Assembly (NCBI GenBank): GCA_023411645.1
Contig: JAEYON010000068.1
Span: 44,599 to 108,598, forward strand
Direction of reading: 5' to 3'
Length of the DNA: 64,000 nucleotides
From: Bacillota bacterium
GTDB taxonomy: Bacteria; Bacillota; Clostridia; Acetivibrionales; DTU013
Shown here: positions 8,217 to 17,297 of the stretch, one piece after another
Numbering within the stretch: the first letter of the stretch is position 1
Layout of the letters: each line of letters begins with the position of its first letter
Position numbers and translations under genes: made by a program
The notes under the pieces: generated by a model
The model's input: only the letters and a program-made list of their open reading frames with translations
Databases searched by the model: none
What the model was told of the DNA's origin: nothing

Positions 8217-10768
8217 GAATGAAAAGCGGCGTGAGTGAGATGAAAAAGAGATTGACGATCGGATTGATGGATGAAGATGCTTATGATGAATATCATACGA
8301 TGATCGCAGAAGGAGTAAGAATGTCTGCCAAGAAATATAACATCAACATCATCCGTTTTGGGCATTTTTTAGACAGCGACACATCAATAAATCCGTTTCA
8401 GGAAGGCGTACTCCACAAATTTATTAAACAGTTTGATCTGGACGGCCTGCTATTTCTCGGATGGGCACGTGCGGCTCATAATACAGCGTTTTGTGATGTG
8501 TTCGCAGATATCCCGATGACCAGCTTTGGCTCCAGTCTCGCAGGAATACCAAGTGTGATTTTCCATGGACAGGTCTATATTGAGGAGATACTTCATCATC
8601 TGATCCATGAACACGGGATGAAAAAAATTGCCTTTATATCGCCAGTCAGAGCGGACTCGCGCAGAAAGACCTATCTGAGAGTCATGAAGGAATGTGATCT
8701 CTTCGATCCACAGCTATTAGTCAGTGAAAATGAATTGACGGATCTCTCTGTAGATGAAAGGGGGAGAAGAGCTGTAGAGATCCTGCTCGATGAAAGAAGG
8801 ATAAGACCGGAGGCCATCGTATCGCTTTATAATGAGGAGACCTATGAGGTGATTAAAACATTGAACGCCAGAGGTCTGCGGGTCCCTGAGGATATTGCAG
8901 TGACCAGCTATGAAGATGGCGAGATGGGACGGTTCTCGACTCCCGGATTCACAACAGTGTATTTTCCGTGGAAAGAGCTTGGGTATTACGGCTGTGAAAC
9001 GCTATACAGCCTTATTACAAAAGCAAGCGAACCATTGACCAATCATGTAATGGGTAAAGTTATATACAGGAACTCCTGCGGATGCATTCCCAGCTCGGCC
9101 AGGAGGATGAAAACAGGCAGACTCGAGGCGGCAGAGAAACGTTTCGACGAGCTTAATGAGTGTGAAATGAACCTTATTGCGGAAGGACTTGCTGTGGAAG
9201 CCGCTATCACTGTCGCAGAAATGAGGGCCTTGCTGGATAAATTTACGCAGGCGGTGCGGGATGGTTCCAGTCAGCCCTTCCTGAGAGAATTTGAAGTAAT
9301 TCTCAGGAAAAGCCTGATCAATAATGTGGATACGGAAAGCGGGCGTTTCGCCGTTTTGTTCCGGGAGAAGCTGATGCCATGGTTCCTGCCATATGCACAG
9401 GAGAATACTGATATCATTGTCAGGGTGGAGAATCTGTTCCATCAGATGCAGGTCCTCTTACAGAGCGAGATAACTAATGCGTGGTTTAGAGAAGATATCA
9501 GATATAATAATGTGAAGCTTACTGTCAAGGAAGTCGGACAGATTCTGATTACTCACTTCAATCCGGCAAGTCTGATGGATTCTATCGAGACAATCCTTCC
9601 AAGAGTTGGTGTGAATAGCTGCTATATTTATCTGTTCGGCGGTGCCGACAGCCGAGGTATGTTTGATAATCACCATCTTGAGTTTGAATATAGGGAAGGC
9701 AGAAGAATTCGTAACGGCAATGTGCGAAATAAAAACAGAAGCTTTGAAGAGGTTTTATTCGAAGATGACAAGTCTCATTTCTTGCTTGCACATTTGTTGT
9801 ATATTGGAAATGATTTTATCGGTTTTATCATCTTTGACCCACTGCAGTCGGATCTTAGGATTTATCGCGCCCTGGGTCTGCATATTTCAACAGCGCTAAA
9901 TGGTGTTAACCTATTTGAAAAACTTGATGCAAGCTACAGGAGACTGATGATTCAGGCGCGTAGGCGGGGAATGGAGGACTCGACCGGAATTCTGCATAAT
10001 ATTGCAAACATCATGAACAGTGTCAATGTAACAACGCAGTCCATTGAAAAGCTGATGACTGTCAGCGCAGTCAATGATCTTAGGATGGCTAACGAAATGC
10101 TGAAGGCGAGATTTGAAGACCTGGAGGACTTTATAAAAAATGATCCGAAGGGTAAAAAACTAATGCAATACTACGTTTCCATTGGAGAGTCTTTTGAAGA
10201 CTATCAACAAAAGCTGCAAACATACATCAGCCGCCTGACGGACAAGGTAGGCTTAATAGAAGGGATCATCAATGAACAGCAGAGCTTTACAGCTGTCAGG
10301 TCAAGCCTTGAGGAACTGGATCTTGTGCCTATTGTCAATGATGTGCTCAAGATGTATCAGACTTTGATCGACAGGCTTGGAATTAGAGTGGTCAGAACGG
10401 TTGACGATTCTGCAGTAGCTCTTGTGCAAAGGACTAAACTGTTTCACGTGTTGACCAATATCATTAAAAATGGTATAGAATCCATGGAGAAAATGGACGA
10501 AGATGGCAAGACGCTTACAGTCTCCGTATACAGGGAATTAGATAATGTTTTTATTCGTATTTGTGACAGCGGCCCAGGCATTTCGGCAGGGAATCTTGAG
10601 AGCATATTTGCATACGGTTTTACAACGAAGAAGGATGGTCATGGCTTTGGTCTGCACAGCTGTGCCAACTATATGACTGAAATGAAGGGCAGGATATGGG
10701 CGGAGCATGGAGAAGGCGGAAGGGGAGCCGTGTTTGTGATGCAGTTTATGATCCTTCCCGGTGTCTGA
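8213..10768 (+). CDS. Paralogous soluble PBP1-type sensor histidine kinase (tandem duplicate)
   Basis: 851-aa ORF with the same architecture as 5661..8216 (TIGLMDED, DGLLFLGW, AVTSYEDG; ILHNIANIMNS; NIIKNGIESM; DSGPGIS; GFGLHSC). The ORF-track start overlaps the upstream stop. The real start may be ATG 8240 (MKKRLTIGL). Confidence 0.75.
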   Translation: MRMKSGVSEMKKRLTIGLMDEDAYDEYHTMIAEGVRMSAKKYNINIIRFGHFLDSDTSINPFQEGVLHKFIKQFDLDGLLFLGWARAAHNTAFCDVFADIPMTSFGSSLAGIPSVIFHGQVYIEEILHHLIHEHGMKKIAFISPVRADSRRKTYLRVMKECDLFDPQLLVSENELTDLSVDERGRRAVEILLDERRIRPEAIVSLYNEETYEVIKTLNARGLRVPEDIAVTSYEDGEMGRFSTPGFTTVYFPWKELGYYGCETLYSLITKASEPLTNHVMGKVIYRNSCGCIPSSARRMKTGRLEAAEKRFDELNECEMNLIAEGLAVEAAITVAEMRALLDKFTQAVRDGSSQPFLREFEVILRKSLINNVDTESGRFAVLFREKLMPWFLPYAQENTDIIVRVENLFHQMQVLLQSEITNAWFREDIRYNNVKLTVKEVGQILITHFNPASLMDSIETILPRVGVNSCYIYLFGGADSRGMFDNHHLEFEYREGRRIRNGNVRNKNRSFEEVLFEDDKSHFLLAHLLYIGNDFIGFIIFDPLQSDLRIYRALGLHISTALNGVNLFEKLDASYRRLMIQARRRGMEDSTGILHNIANIMNSVNVTTQSIEKLMTVSAVNDLRMANEMLKARFEDLEDFIKNDPKGKKLMQYYVSIGESFEDYQQKLQTYISRLTDKVGLIEGIINEQQSFTAVRSSLEELDLVPIVNDVLKMYQTLIDRLGIRVVRTVDDSAVALVQRTKLFHVLTNIIKNGIESMEKMDEDGKTLTVSVYRELDNVFIRICDSGPGISAGNLESIFAYGFTTKKDGHGFGLHSCANYMTEMKGRIWAEHGEGGRGAVFVMQFMILPGV

Positions 10769-12275
10769 AGGTCAGACGGTACATACAGAACATACCGCCG
10801 AAGCAGGTAATGACGATGCATGAAGCCAAGATCACAGGAGAGGCGCCTCCAAGTAAATTCATAACGATTCCGGATGCCAGCCAGACGGCTGTGCCCATCA
10901 GAGCAAGCGTGACCACATCCTGAAGCGTCACTTTTATTTCGCAAACTTTTTTTATTTCTCTTATGTTTAATATAAAGGAAGCTATGGATGTAAGAATGAC
11001 GGACAGGCCATAACCGTATATATTCAGCACTGGTATCCCTGCGAGCAGAAAGATGAGCAGCAGACTTTGCGCAGAGTTAATCAGTGAGTTTTTAAGCAGT
11101 GTATTTTGTCTGCCAAGGGCATTTAGAATGCCGAAGGTGGGCATTGAAATAAACATGACCAGGCGGATAAGAGCTCCAAAACGGATCATTTCACCCAGAT
11201 CATTTCTTTTATAAAACACAAGCCCCAGCGTATCAGGGATCCTCAGGCATACCAGCGCAGTGGAGATTCCGATTATACCTGATATCCTGAGGATTTGAGC
11301 GATCCGCTCTTCAGCAGACCAGTAATCTCTTTTGCTGATACCCGGTGATAGCTCCGTTACCAGTACGGTCAGCATGGAGCCAATGATGATATAGGGAAGC
11401 GTAGTGATATTCAGAGCCATGCCTGCGAATCTTCCAATCAAAGCAAGCGCGTCGCTGTAGGTAAAGCCGGCTGCAACAAGCCTATGAGGCAGAACAAGTG
11501 CGGACAGGGCTGAAATAATGGAAGAAATAACTCCTTCGACGCACAAAGGGACAGATATCACAAACACATCAAATATAAGCTGAATTCTGGAGATAGACTT
11601 GCCGATGTTTCCCTTAAGCTGTGAATTGCGAATTTTATAGCAAATAAACAAAAGCAGCAAACTGACGGCTTCTCCTATTGCCAGAGCAAAATAAGCTATG
11701 GTGACGGTTTTGCTGACATCAGAGCCGGGAGAAAGCAACAAAACGGCGCCAAGCAGGATGGATACCCTCAGAAACTTTTCCAGAATGTCTACGGAAGCTG
11801 TAACCTTATACTGACCAAGACCATAAAAATATCCCTTGATGACAGCCGAAAGCGGAACAAAAATCAGCGCGGGGCTAATTATCATGATAGCGCCTGCTGC
11901 GCGTGGATCTTTGACGATATGCTCAGCAATAAAGCTGTGACAAACCAGGACAAGCAATGCCACACATGTGGACCATGCCGCGACAAATAGAAAGGCAGTA
12001 CTGACTGTCCTTTTTAGATTTCTGTATTCCTTCCGATGAAAATACAGGGTAGTTGTTTTTGAGATGGCAGTAATCAGACCATCAGTTGTGATGCACAGCA
12101 AAAGGCCGTAAACAGGCATGACAAGACCATACAGGCCAAGACCTTCAGCGCCCAGCTCCCTTGAGAGGACAATCGAAAAAATAAAGGAGATAATGCCTGT
12201 AGCCATATTGGATAAAGTCAGTGTGAATGAATCCATATAAAATTTGTCTAATGGTATCGCTGATAATCTTCTCAT
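10746..12275 (-). CDS. spoVB: Stage V sporulation protein B-like MOP/MurJ-family flippase
   Basis: 509-aa polytopic membrane ORF. The N-terminus (LSNMATGIISFIFSIVLSRELGAEGLGLYGLVMPVY) is typical of the SpoVB/polysaccharide-biosynthesis family. It lies next to tgl. Confidence 0.7.
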   Translation of the reverse strand: MRRLSAIPLDKFYMDSFTLTLSNMATGIISFIFSIVLSRELGAEGLGLYGLVMPVYGLLLCITTDGLITAISKTTTLYFHRKEYRNLKRTVSTAFLFVAAWSTCVALLVLVCHSFIAEHIVKDPRAAGAIMIISPALIFVPLSAVIKGYFYGLGQYKVTASVDILEKFLRVSILLGAVLLLSPGSDVSKTVTIAYFALAIGEAVSLLLLFICYKIRNSQLKGNIGKSISRIQLIFDVFVISVPLCVEGVISSIISALSALVLPHRLVAAGFTYSDALALIGRFAGMALNITTLPYIIIGSMLTVLVTELSPGISKRDYWSAEERIAQILRISGIIGISTALVCLRIPDTLGLVFYKRNDLGEMIRFGALIRLVMFISMPTFGILNALGRQNTLLKNSLINSAQSLLLIFLLAGIPVLNIYGYGLSVILTSIASFILNIREIKKVCEIKVTLQDVVTLALMGTAVWLASGIVMNLLGGASPVILASCIVITCFGGMFCMYRLTFRHREGS

Positions 12276-12304
12276 AAGTTAAAACTATTCGTTGCATATC
12301 TTAA

Positions 12305-13063
12305 TTATGAAGAATTTTTCCAGTACTGGTATAATCCCTTGAAGTTCGGACGTGTTGCGGTATCCATCAGGTATGCCGATATCTGTGAATCCTCGACCCT
12401 GTTTCTGTTCAATGCTTCAATAATACCGTCCGCACTGGTTATCCCGATACCATGCCCGTAGTATTTGCCACTTCCTAGATCAATGGTATTCTCTCCCTGC
12501 CACTCCGGGGTGAGCGGGTTCACATCAGGATTCCTGAAATATCTGCAGTCCCCGGGGATGTAGTCAGGCAGCTTGCGATATGTTGAGATACCCATTAATT
12601 CATCCATATCTTGCCAGTTCATCAGAATAATTTCAGGAAACGCTCTGTTGAACAGATCTGCCCCATATGAACCTAGTACTGCTTTGTAATAGACGATCAT
12701 AACGGCAGTAGCACATTCCGTTCCATAAAGTCTTGTATGGATGAAGATATCATTGATCGCATCAGACGGCTTCACATCTCTTTTCAGTACAAACCCACCG
12801 TCCAGTCTGCGGTCCCAGAAATCTTCGTTACACTTGGATTCGCGAAAGGTTCGAAAGGCAAGACGGGCTCTGTATAAGTCAACTGAAGCATCTATGATAT
12901 TCCTGCGAAGCTTGATTTCAAAGGTTAGCTCCTCAAGGGAGGAATACTGATAAGCATGTGTGCTTTTAGTCAGCTTATCGATCATTTCGGCCTCGGCGCT
13001 GCCGGCCGGAAATGAATCCAAAAGGGCCTGGGCGTTGAATTCGCCATCAGCTAACTGAATCAT
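12305..13063 (-). CDS. tgl: Protein-glutamine gamma-glutamyltransferase (spore-coat transglutaminase Tgl)
   Basis: 252 aa. It aligns by eye with B. subtilis Tgl along its length (EELTFEIKLRRNI, YGTECATAVMIVYY, GDCRYFRNPDVNP, WQGENTIDLG..KYYGHGIGI). Confidence 0.85.
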   Translation of the reverse strand: MIQLADGEFNAQALLDSFPAGSAEAEMIDKLTKSTHAYQYSSLEELTFEIKLRRNIIDASVDLYRARLAFRTFRESKCNEDFWDRRLDGGFVLKRDVKPSDAINDIFIHTRLYGTECATAVMIVYYKAVLGSYGADLFNRAFPEIILMNWQDMDELMGISTYRKLPDYIPGDCRYFRNPDVNPLTPEWQGENTIDLGSGKYYGHGIGITSADGIIEALNRNRVEDSQISAYLMDTATRPNFKGLYQYWKNSS

Positions 13064-14067
13064 TGATATCCCCCCATCATCTGTGATGCAAGTGCAGACT
13101 GTTCATTGACAGAAAGTCGGATCCAGCTGTTCCATTGATAAATATTCCTTCTGTAAAGCATCCAGGAAAAGGCCGCTAACTGCTGCTGGCGCTTTTCCGG
13201 TAATTTTTGAAAGGCGGAAAGCTTCTTAATTTCACTGGGAAGGAATGGCATTAAAGGCTCGCCGGTATTGATCGACACGGGATGGCATAAATATTTTGCC
13301 GATGCAGACACGCTATATGGCATTGGCTTATTGCTCACATGAAGATTTTCGCCTGTATAACACAGGAAAGGCCTGTTTTCATCAAGCCAGCCTGAAACCC
13401 ATGAATATGGTGATATACTGGTATGTACGGATTTGTCCCCAATGCCGGGAATGAAAGATAGCAGCTTTTTCGCTAACAATGCGTCACGGCTGTCACGAGA
13501 GTTTAGTCTCTGAGCCAGCAGCAGTAAGCTGTCAGGACTACGTGCTTCAAAAAACGCCCAGACCAGTTCGTGGATCAAAGCTTTGCGCCTGTTACGGGCA
13601 AAGATCATTTCTGCAAGTGCCGGTAATTGGGTCGTGTCACCGTGACTTTTTATAAGCAACGCTGCGGAACGTTCCATCAATAACTCGTATTTGCTGTCGA
13701 AGCCATCCTCAAGTCCCCCTGTGCCGACGATCCATCTGAGGGCTGAATTAGTATCATCATCCCGGGAGCGAAGCTTCCTTTCAAGACTTTCCGGGCTCCT
13801 TTCTGAACGATTTTGCATTTGGGCCGACAGGAGGTTTGCAATATCAATGGCCTTTCGATAGACCTTATCAAGGCCGCTTTTTATTGTTTTATCATCAAGC
13901 TCAGATTTTAACTGGTACAATGTACCGAAATGCAAGTTTTGATCATTCAGCAGTTCTATTGCTTTATTATGATCTATCTGATATTGCTCCCGAAAATAGT
14001 TTTTTAGCTCCTGAGGTCCATTGCTGAACCTTAAGTTGTCCAGCAAACTCAGCGGCCTGTCATTCAT
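13060..14067 (-). CDS. Hypothetical protein, translationally coupled to tgl
   Basis: 335-aa ORF whose stop overlaps the tgl start by 4 nt (13060-13063). I recognise no family motif. It looks helical-repeat-like. Confidence 0.55.
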   Translation of the reverse strand: MNDRPLSLLDNLRFSNGPQELKNYFREQYQIDHNKAIELLNDQNLHFGTLYQLKSELDDKTIKSGLDKVYRKAIDIANLLSAQMQNRSERSPESLERKLRSRDDDTNSALRWIVGTGGLEDGFDSKYELLMERSAALLIKSHGDTTQLPALAEMIFARNRRKALIHELVWAFFEARSPDSLLLLAQRLNSRDSRDALLAKKLLSFIPGIGDKSVHTSISPYSWVSGWLDENRPFLCYTGENLHVSNKPMPYSVSASAKYLCHPVSINTGEPLMPFLPSEIKKLSAFQKLPEKRQQQLAAFSWMLYRRNIYQWNSWIRLSVNEQSALASQMMGGYQ

Positions 14068-14107
14068 AGGATCTTCCTCCCTTCACGGCTGTGCCGACAT
14101 ATCCTGC

Positions 14108-15079
14108 TCATAGTCTGCTTTTCAGAGCATCGAATTTGCTGCGAAGCAGTGTGTCGGGATTGTGACGAAGCCCCAGATCGACAGCTCTTGAAGCCTTAAC
14201 GGTATCGCCCGCTCCCCATAGTGAACTGGCAAGGTTATACCAGCTTAAGGTATCGTTTGGATTCTCCCTGAGGTTTTTAATATAATACGGGACTACTTTG
14301 TTTGCGAGGTATCGTGATGGATTCAATTTTTCCAGATCGATACCGTTCCAGTGAACCAGATCAATATTGTATATCCCGGCTGCTTCCTCATCCCAGAAGG
14401 CAATGGCATCAATGATGGAGCCGGAAGCGGTGCGGGACTTCTGTACCTCCAGCTTATTGTATTCTCTGTTGAATAGTTTTCTGGCGCCGTCATCTGTTAA
14501 TGCATATGCAAGTAGTACATTCCTTTGATGCTTTGATACAAGCCCAAGCAAAAGGTGCTTCTTGCCATCTCCTGCCACATCAGCGCTGTTGCGGTAGTGT
14601 ATCGCAACAAAGTCTGGATTGCTTATCTCAGCCATCTTGTACCATTGTACTTCATCCCTTTTCAAAACCATTGTCCTGATACCGTCAGTGGTTGTATACG
14701 AGGTGACCAGCTCGCTTCGGCCATCTGAGTCCAGGTCGGTAAACTGAATATCGTTGGCATTTTCGGGATATTGTGGCTTCAGCAGCCTGGCGCCGGGCGG
14801 CAAAAAGCTGTTCACTACAGCATGGTAGTCGACCTTCCCCGGTTTTTCCGTGATTTGTGAAACGGCGTTGTTCAGGCCTTTTATCAGTGACTCCACCGGT
14901 TTTCTCAGATCCTCGGCGGATGGCAATCTGACGACAGGTGGTTTGATGTCCGGAAATTTTATTTCCGGCAGTCTGACAGCCGGTAAACGGTTGGATTTTA
15001 TCAGATCGGAATAATATTGCAGGCTTTTACGTGTTAATTTATCCAGGACTTCAAGCCCCGAGCCTTTAGGCAGCTGCAT
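14108..15079 (-). CDS. Hypothetical protein with FG-GAP/VCBS-like DxDxDG motifs and a TPR-like C-terminus
   Basis: 323-aa ORF containing FTDLDSDGRSELV and SADVAGDGKKHLL, with C-terminal WYNLASSLWGAGDTVKASRAVDLGLRHNPD. First gene of the tgl-containing minus-strand block. Confidence 0.55.
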   Translation of the reverse strand: MQLPKGSGLEVLDKLTRKSLQYYSDLIKSNRLPAVRLPEIKFPDIKPPVVRLPSAEDLRKPVESLIKGLNNAVSQITEKPGKVDYHAVVNSFLPPGARLLKPQYPENANDIQFTDLDSDGRSELVTSYTTTDGIRTMVLKRDEVQWYKMAEISNPDFVAIHYRNSADVAGDGKKHLLLGLVSKHQRNVLLAYALTDDGARKLFNREYNKLEVQKSRTASGSIIDAIAFWDEEAAGIYNIDLVHWNGIDLEKLNPSRYLANKVVPYYIKNLRENPNDTLSWYNLASSLWGAGDTVKASRAVDLGLRHNPDTLLRSKFDALKSRL

Positions 15080-15150
15080 GGATATACCCTCTTTACACAG
15101 TTATTCTCCTATATTCTATGCAGCTAGTTCGGAATGGTGATAGAGTAGAA

Positions 15151-15183
15151 GGCCCGGCTGTCGCTCTACGCTGCAGCCGGGCC
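15151..15183 (-). terminator. Hairpin downstream of wrbA (possible bidirectional terminator)
   Basis: GGCCCGGCTG (15151-15160) pairs with CAGCCGGGCC (15174-15183). The flanks are T-rich on the plus side and moderately so on the minus side. Confidence 0.5.
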
Positions 15184-15229
15184 TTCCATTTCTTTATAGT
15201 TCTGCCTATTTACCGGTGTGTCTGACTAA

Positions 15230-15838
15230 TTACTTACCCTTTTTCAGCCATCCGGCAACCTCAACGGCTCTTTTTGTCTGAAAGACTACTGCATCCCTGA
15301 CATCCTCCGCCATTTTTCCATCCTGGCCTTGCGTAACAGATGTTCCGTAGGGATTGCCGCCTGCCTTGAAGACGGCTCCATCCAGATAGCCTGGAGTAAC
15401 AATGATTGCACCCCAGTGCATCATTGAAGTATACAGACTCTTAATGGTAGCTTCCTGACCGCCATGAGGATTTTGTGCTGAAGCCATGGCAGTGACGACC
15501 TTGTTTGCCAGAAGTCCTTTGGACCATGGACCCCCTTGAATATCGATAAACTGCTTCATCTGTGAGGCAATATTTCCGAAACGTGTGGGCGCGCTGAACA
15601 CAATCGCATCTGCCCAGACCAGATCATCTGAACCTGCCTCACTTATGTGCTTTGTTGCATCAACATGAGCCTTCCAGGCGGGATTTGAGTTGATGGCTTC
15701 TTCCGGTGCCAGTTCGTGCACCTTGAGAAGTCTCACCTCGGCTCCGGCGTCCTCGCCTGCTTCAGCTGCCCATTGGGCAAGCTGGTGATTAATGCCTGTG
15801 GAGCTATAATATATAACTGCTAATTTAACTTTTTCCAT
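15230..15838 (-). CDS. wrbA: NAD(P)H:quinone oxidoreductase, WrbA/flavodoxin-like fold
   Basis: MEKVKLAVIYYSSTGINHQLAQWAAEAG...; SD GAGGTGA sits 8 nt before ATG 15838 (the ORF track starts 18 nt further upstream). Confidence 0.85.
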   Translation of the reverse strand: MEKVKLAVIYYSSTGINHQLAQWAAEAGEDAGAEVRLLKVHELAPEEAINSNPAWKAHVDATKHISEAGSDDLVWADAIVFSAPTRFGNIASQMKQFIDIQGGPWSKGLLANKVVTAMASAQNPHGGQEATIKSLYTSMMHWGAIIVTPGYLDGAVFKAGGNPYGTSVTQGQDGKMAEDVRDAVVFQTKRAVEVAGWLKKGK

Positions 15839-16015
15839 AGTAAATTCACCTCGCATAATTCTACTTTTCTGATAATATATTTACCATTCTTAGAATGAAA
15901 CAAACATAAAGAGCTGCGTAAAAAGTACATTGCGCTAAAGTTTCCTTTTATTACACGGCATACAAATTGAAGAACACTAAACAGAAATAGAAAATAAAAA
16001 AATTTGGTATTGCTA

Positions 16016-16044
16016 TTGACAATAGTGTAATTAAGGATTATGAT
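16016..16044 (+). promoter_or_regulatory. Sigma-A-type promoter of cysK, -35 embedded in a 13-bp palindrome
   Basis: TTGACA (16016-16021), 17 nt, TATGAT (16039-16044). The perfect palindrome CTATTGACAATAG (16013-16025) overlaps the -35. Confidence 0.55.
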
Positions 16045-16108
16045 TTATATCATACAAAACATATATGAATTATAATAATATTTAGGTCAGAATGATGGAG
16101 GTAGTTGT

Positions 16109-17041
16109 ATGGCAAGAATTTTTAAGAGTCTCACAGATTTAATAGGGAAAACACCATTACTGGAATTGTCTAATTATGAAAAGAAACATGGGTTGAAAGG
16201 AACGGTTGTTGCAAAGCTGGAGTATTTCAATCCTGCAGGGAGTGTAAAGGACAGGATAGCTAAAGCTATGATTGATGATGCCGAAACAAAGGGCCTGTTA
16301 AAAGCGGATTCCGTAATTATTGAGCCGACTAGCGGCAATACCGGTATCGGACTTGCATCTGTTGCGGCGGCGAGAGGATACAGGATCATCCTTACAATGC
16401 CTGAGACTATGAGCATCGAGCGCAGGAATCTTCTGAAGGCATACGGAGCGGAGCTTGTACTTACGGAAGGAGCAAAAGGAATGAAGGGCGCAATCGAAAA
16501 AGCACGCGAACTGGCGGCGCAGACCCCGAACTCTTTCATACCAGGGCAGTTTGACAATCCTGCCAATCCCGCAGTCCATAAGGCGACGACCGGCCCTGAG
16601 ATATGGGAAGATACCGACGGGAAGGTGGACTTCCTTGTTTCCGGTATCGGTACCGGGGGAACCATCACAGGCGTCGGCGAATTTTTAAAATCAAAGAAAC
16701 CGGATGTCAGGGTCATAGCGGTTGAGCCGGCTGATTCACCGATGCTCTCTGAAGGCAAAGCAGGCCCGCATAAGATTCAGGGAATTGGCGCAGGGTTTGT
16801 ACCGGCGGTTCTGGACACGTCCGTTTATGATGAGATTATCACAGTGAAAAATGAAGATGCCTTTGCTACGGGCAAGGAATTATCCAAAACAGAGGGACTG
16901 CTGGTTGGGATTTCGTCAGGCGCCGCCTTATGGGCTGCAACACAGATTGCACAGCAACCGGAGAATACAGGGAAAACCATCGTTGTTATTTTGCCGGATA
17001 CAGGTGAAAGATATTTGTCCACACCCCTATTTGCAGAGTAA
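16109..17041 (+). CDS. cysK: Cysteine synthase A (O-acetylserine sulfhydrylase)
   Basis: 310 aa. [20 protein letters not shown] (PLP lysine) and [10 protein letters not shown]. Full-length CysK pattern. Confidence 0.92.
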   Translation: MARIFKSLTDLIGKTPLLELSNYEKKHGLKGTVVAKLEYFNPAGSVKDRIAKAMIDDAETKGLLKADSVIIEPTSGNTGIGLASVAAARGYRIILTMPETMSIERRNLLKAYGAELVLTEGAKGMKGAIEKARELAAQTPNSFIPGQFDNPANPAVHKATTGPEIWEDTDGKVDFLVSGIGTGGTITGVGEFLKSKKPDVRVIAVEPADSPMLSEGKAGPHKIQGIGAGFVPAVLDTSVYDEIITVKNEDAFATGKELSKTEGLLVGISSGAALWAATQIAQQPENTGKTIVVILPDTGERYLSTPLFAE

Positions 17042-17182
17042 TGTGCAATAGCGTAATTGTTCAGGCCATATTGATATTGCGCAATAAAAGGAAACTTTAG
17101 CGGAATACAGCTCTTGCAAATGAAGCTCATGTTTCCGCTATTGCACAATATCAACGTCCTTCTGTAGACATATACAAATTTC

Positions 17183-17211
17183 TTGAAATGAAGATGCCTG
17201 CATAGTATAAT
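17183..17211 (+). promoter_or_regulatory. Sigma-A-type promoter of the O-acetylhomoserine sulfhydrylase gene
   Basis: TTGAAA (17183-17188), 17 nt, TATAAT (17206-17211). Confidence 0.5.
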
Positions 17212-17231
17212 CGGATAAAACTCCCAAGGAC

Positions 17232-17273
17232 AGACAGATAAAAAGACAGATAAGTAGTTAGCAAGACAGATAA
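17232..17273 (+). repeat. Three direct copies of AGACAGATAA in the 5' UTR
   Basis: AGACAGATAA at 17232-17241, 17244-17253 and 17264-17273, between the -10 box and ATG 17298. Confidence 0.8.
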
Positions 17274-17297
17274 ATAGATAGAAAGTGAGTGATGTGA

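Noticed and set aside
15857-17297. S-box (SAM-I) riboswitch or T-box leaders upstream of cysK and metY (also checked at 35360..35413 and 34993..35330)
   Set aside because: The 5' UTRs are short, and I could not find the conserved SAM-I core or T-box sequence by eye. This is not conclusive without a covariance-model scan.
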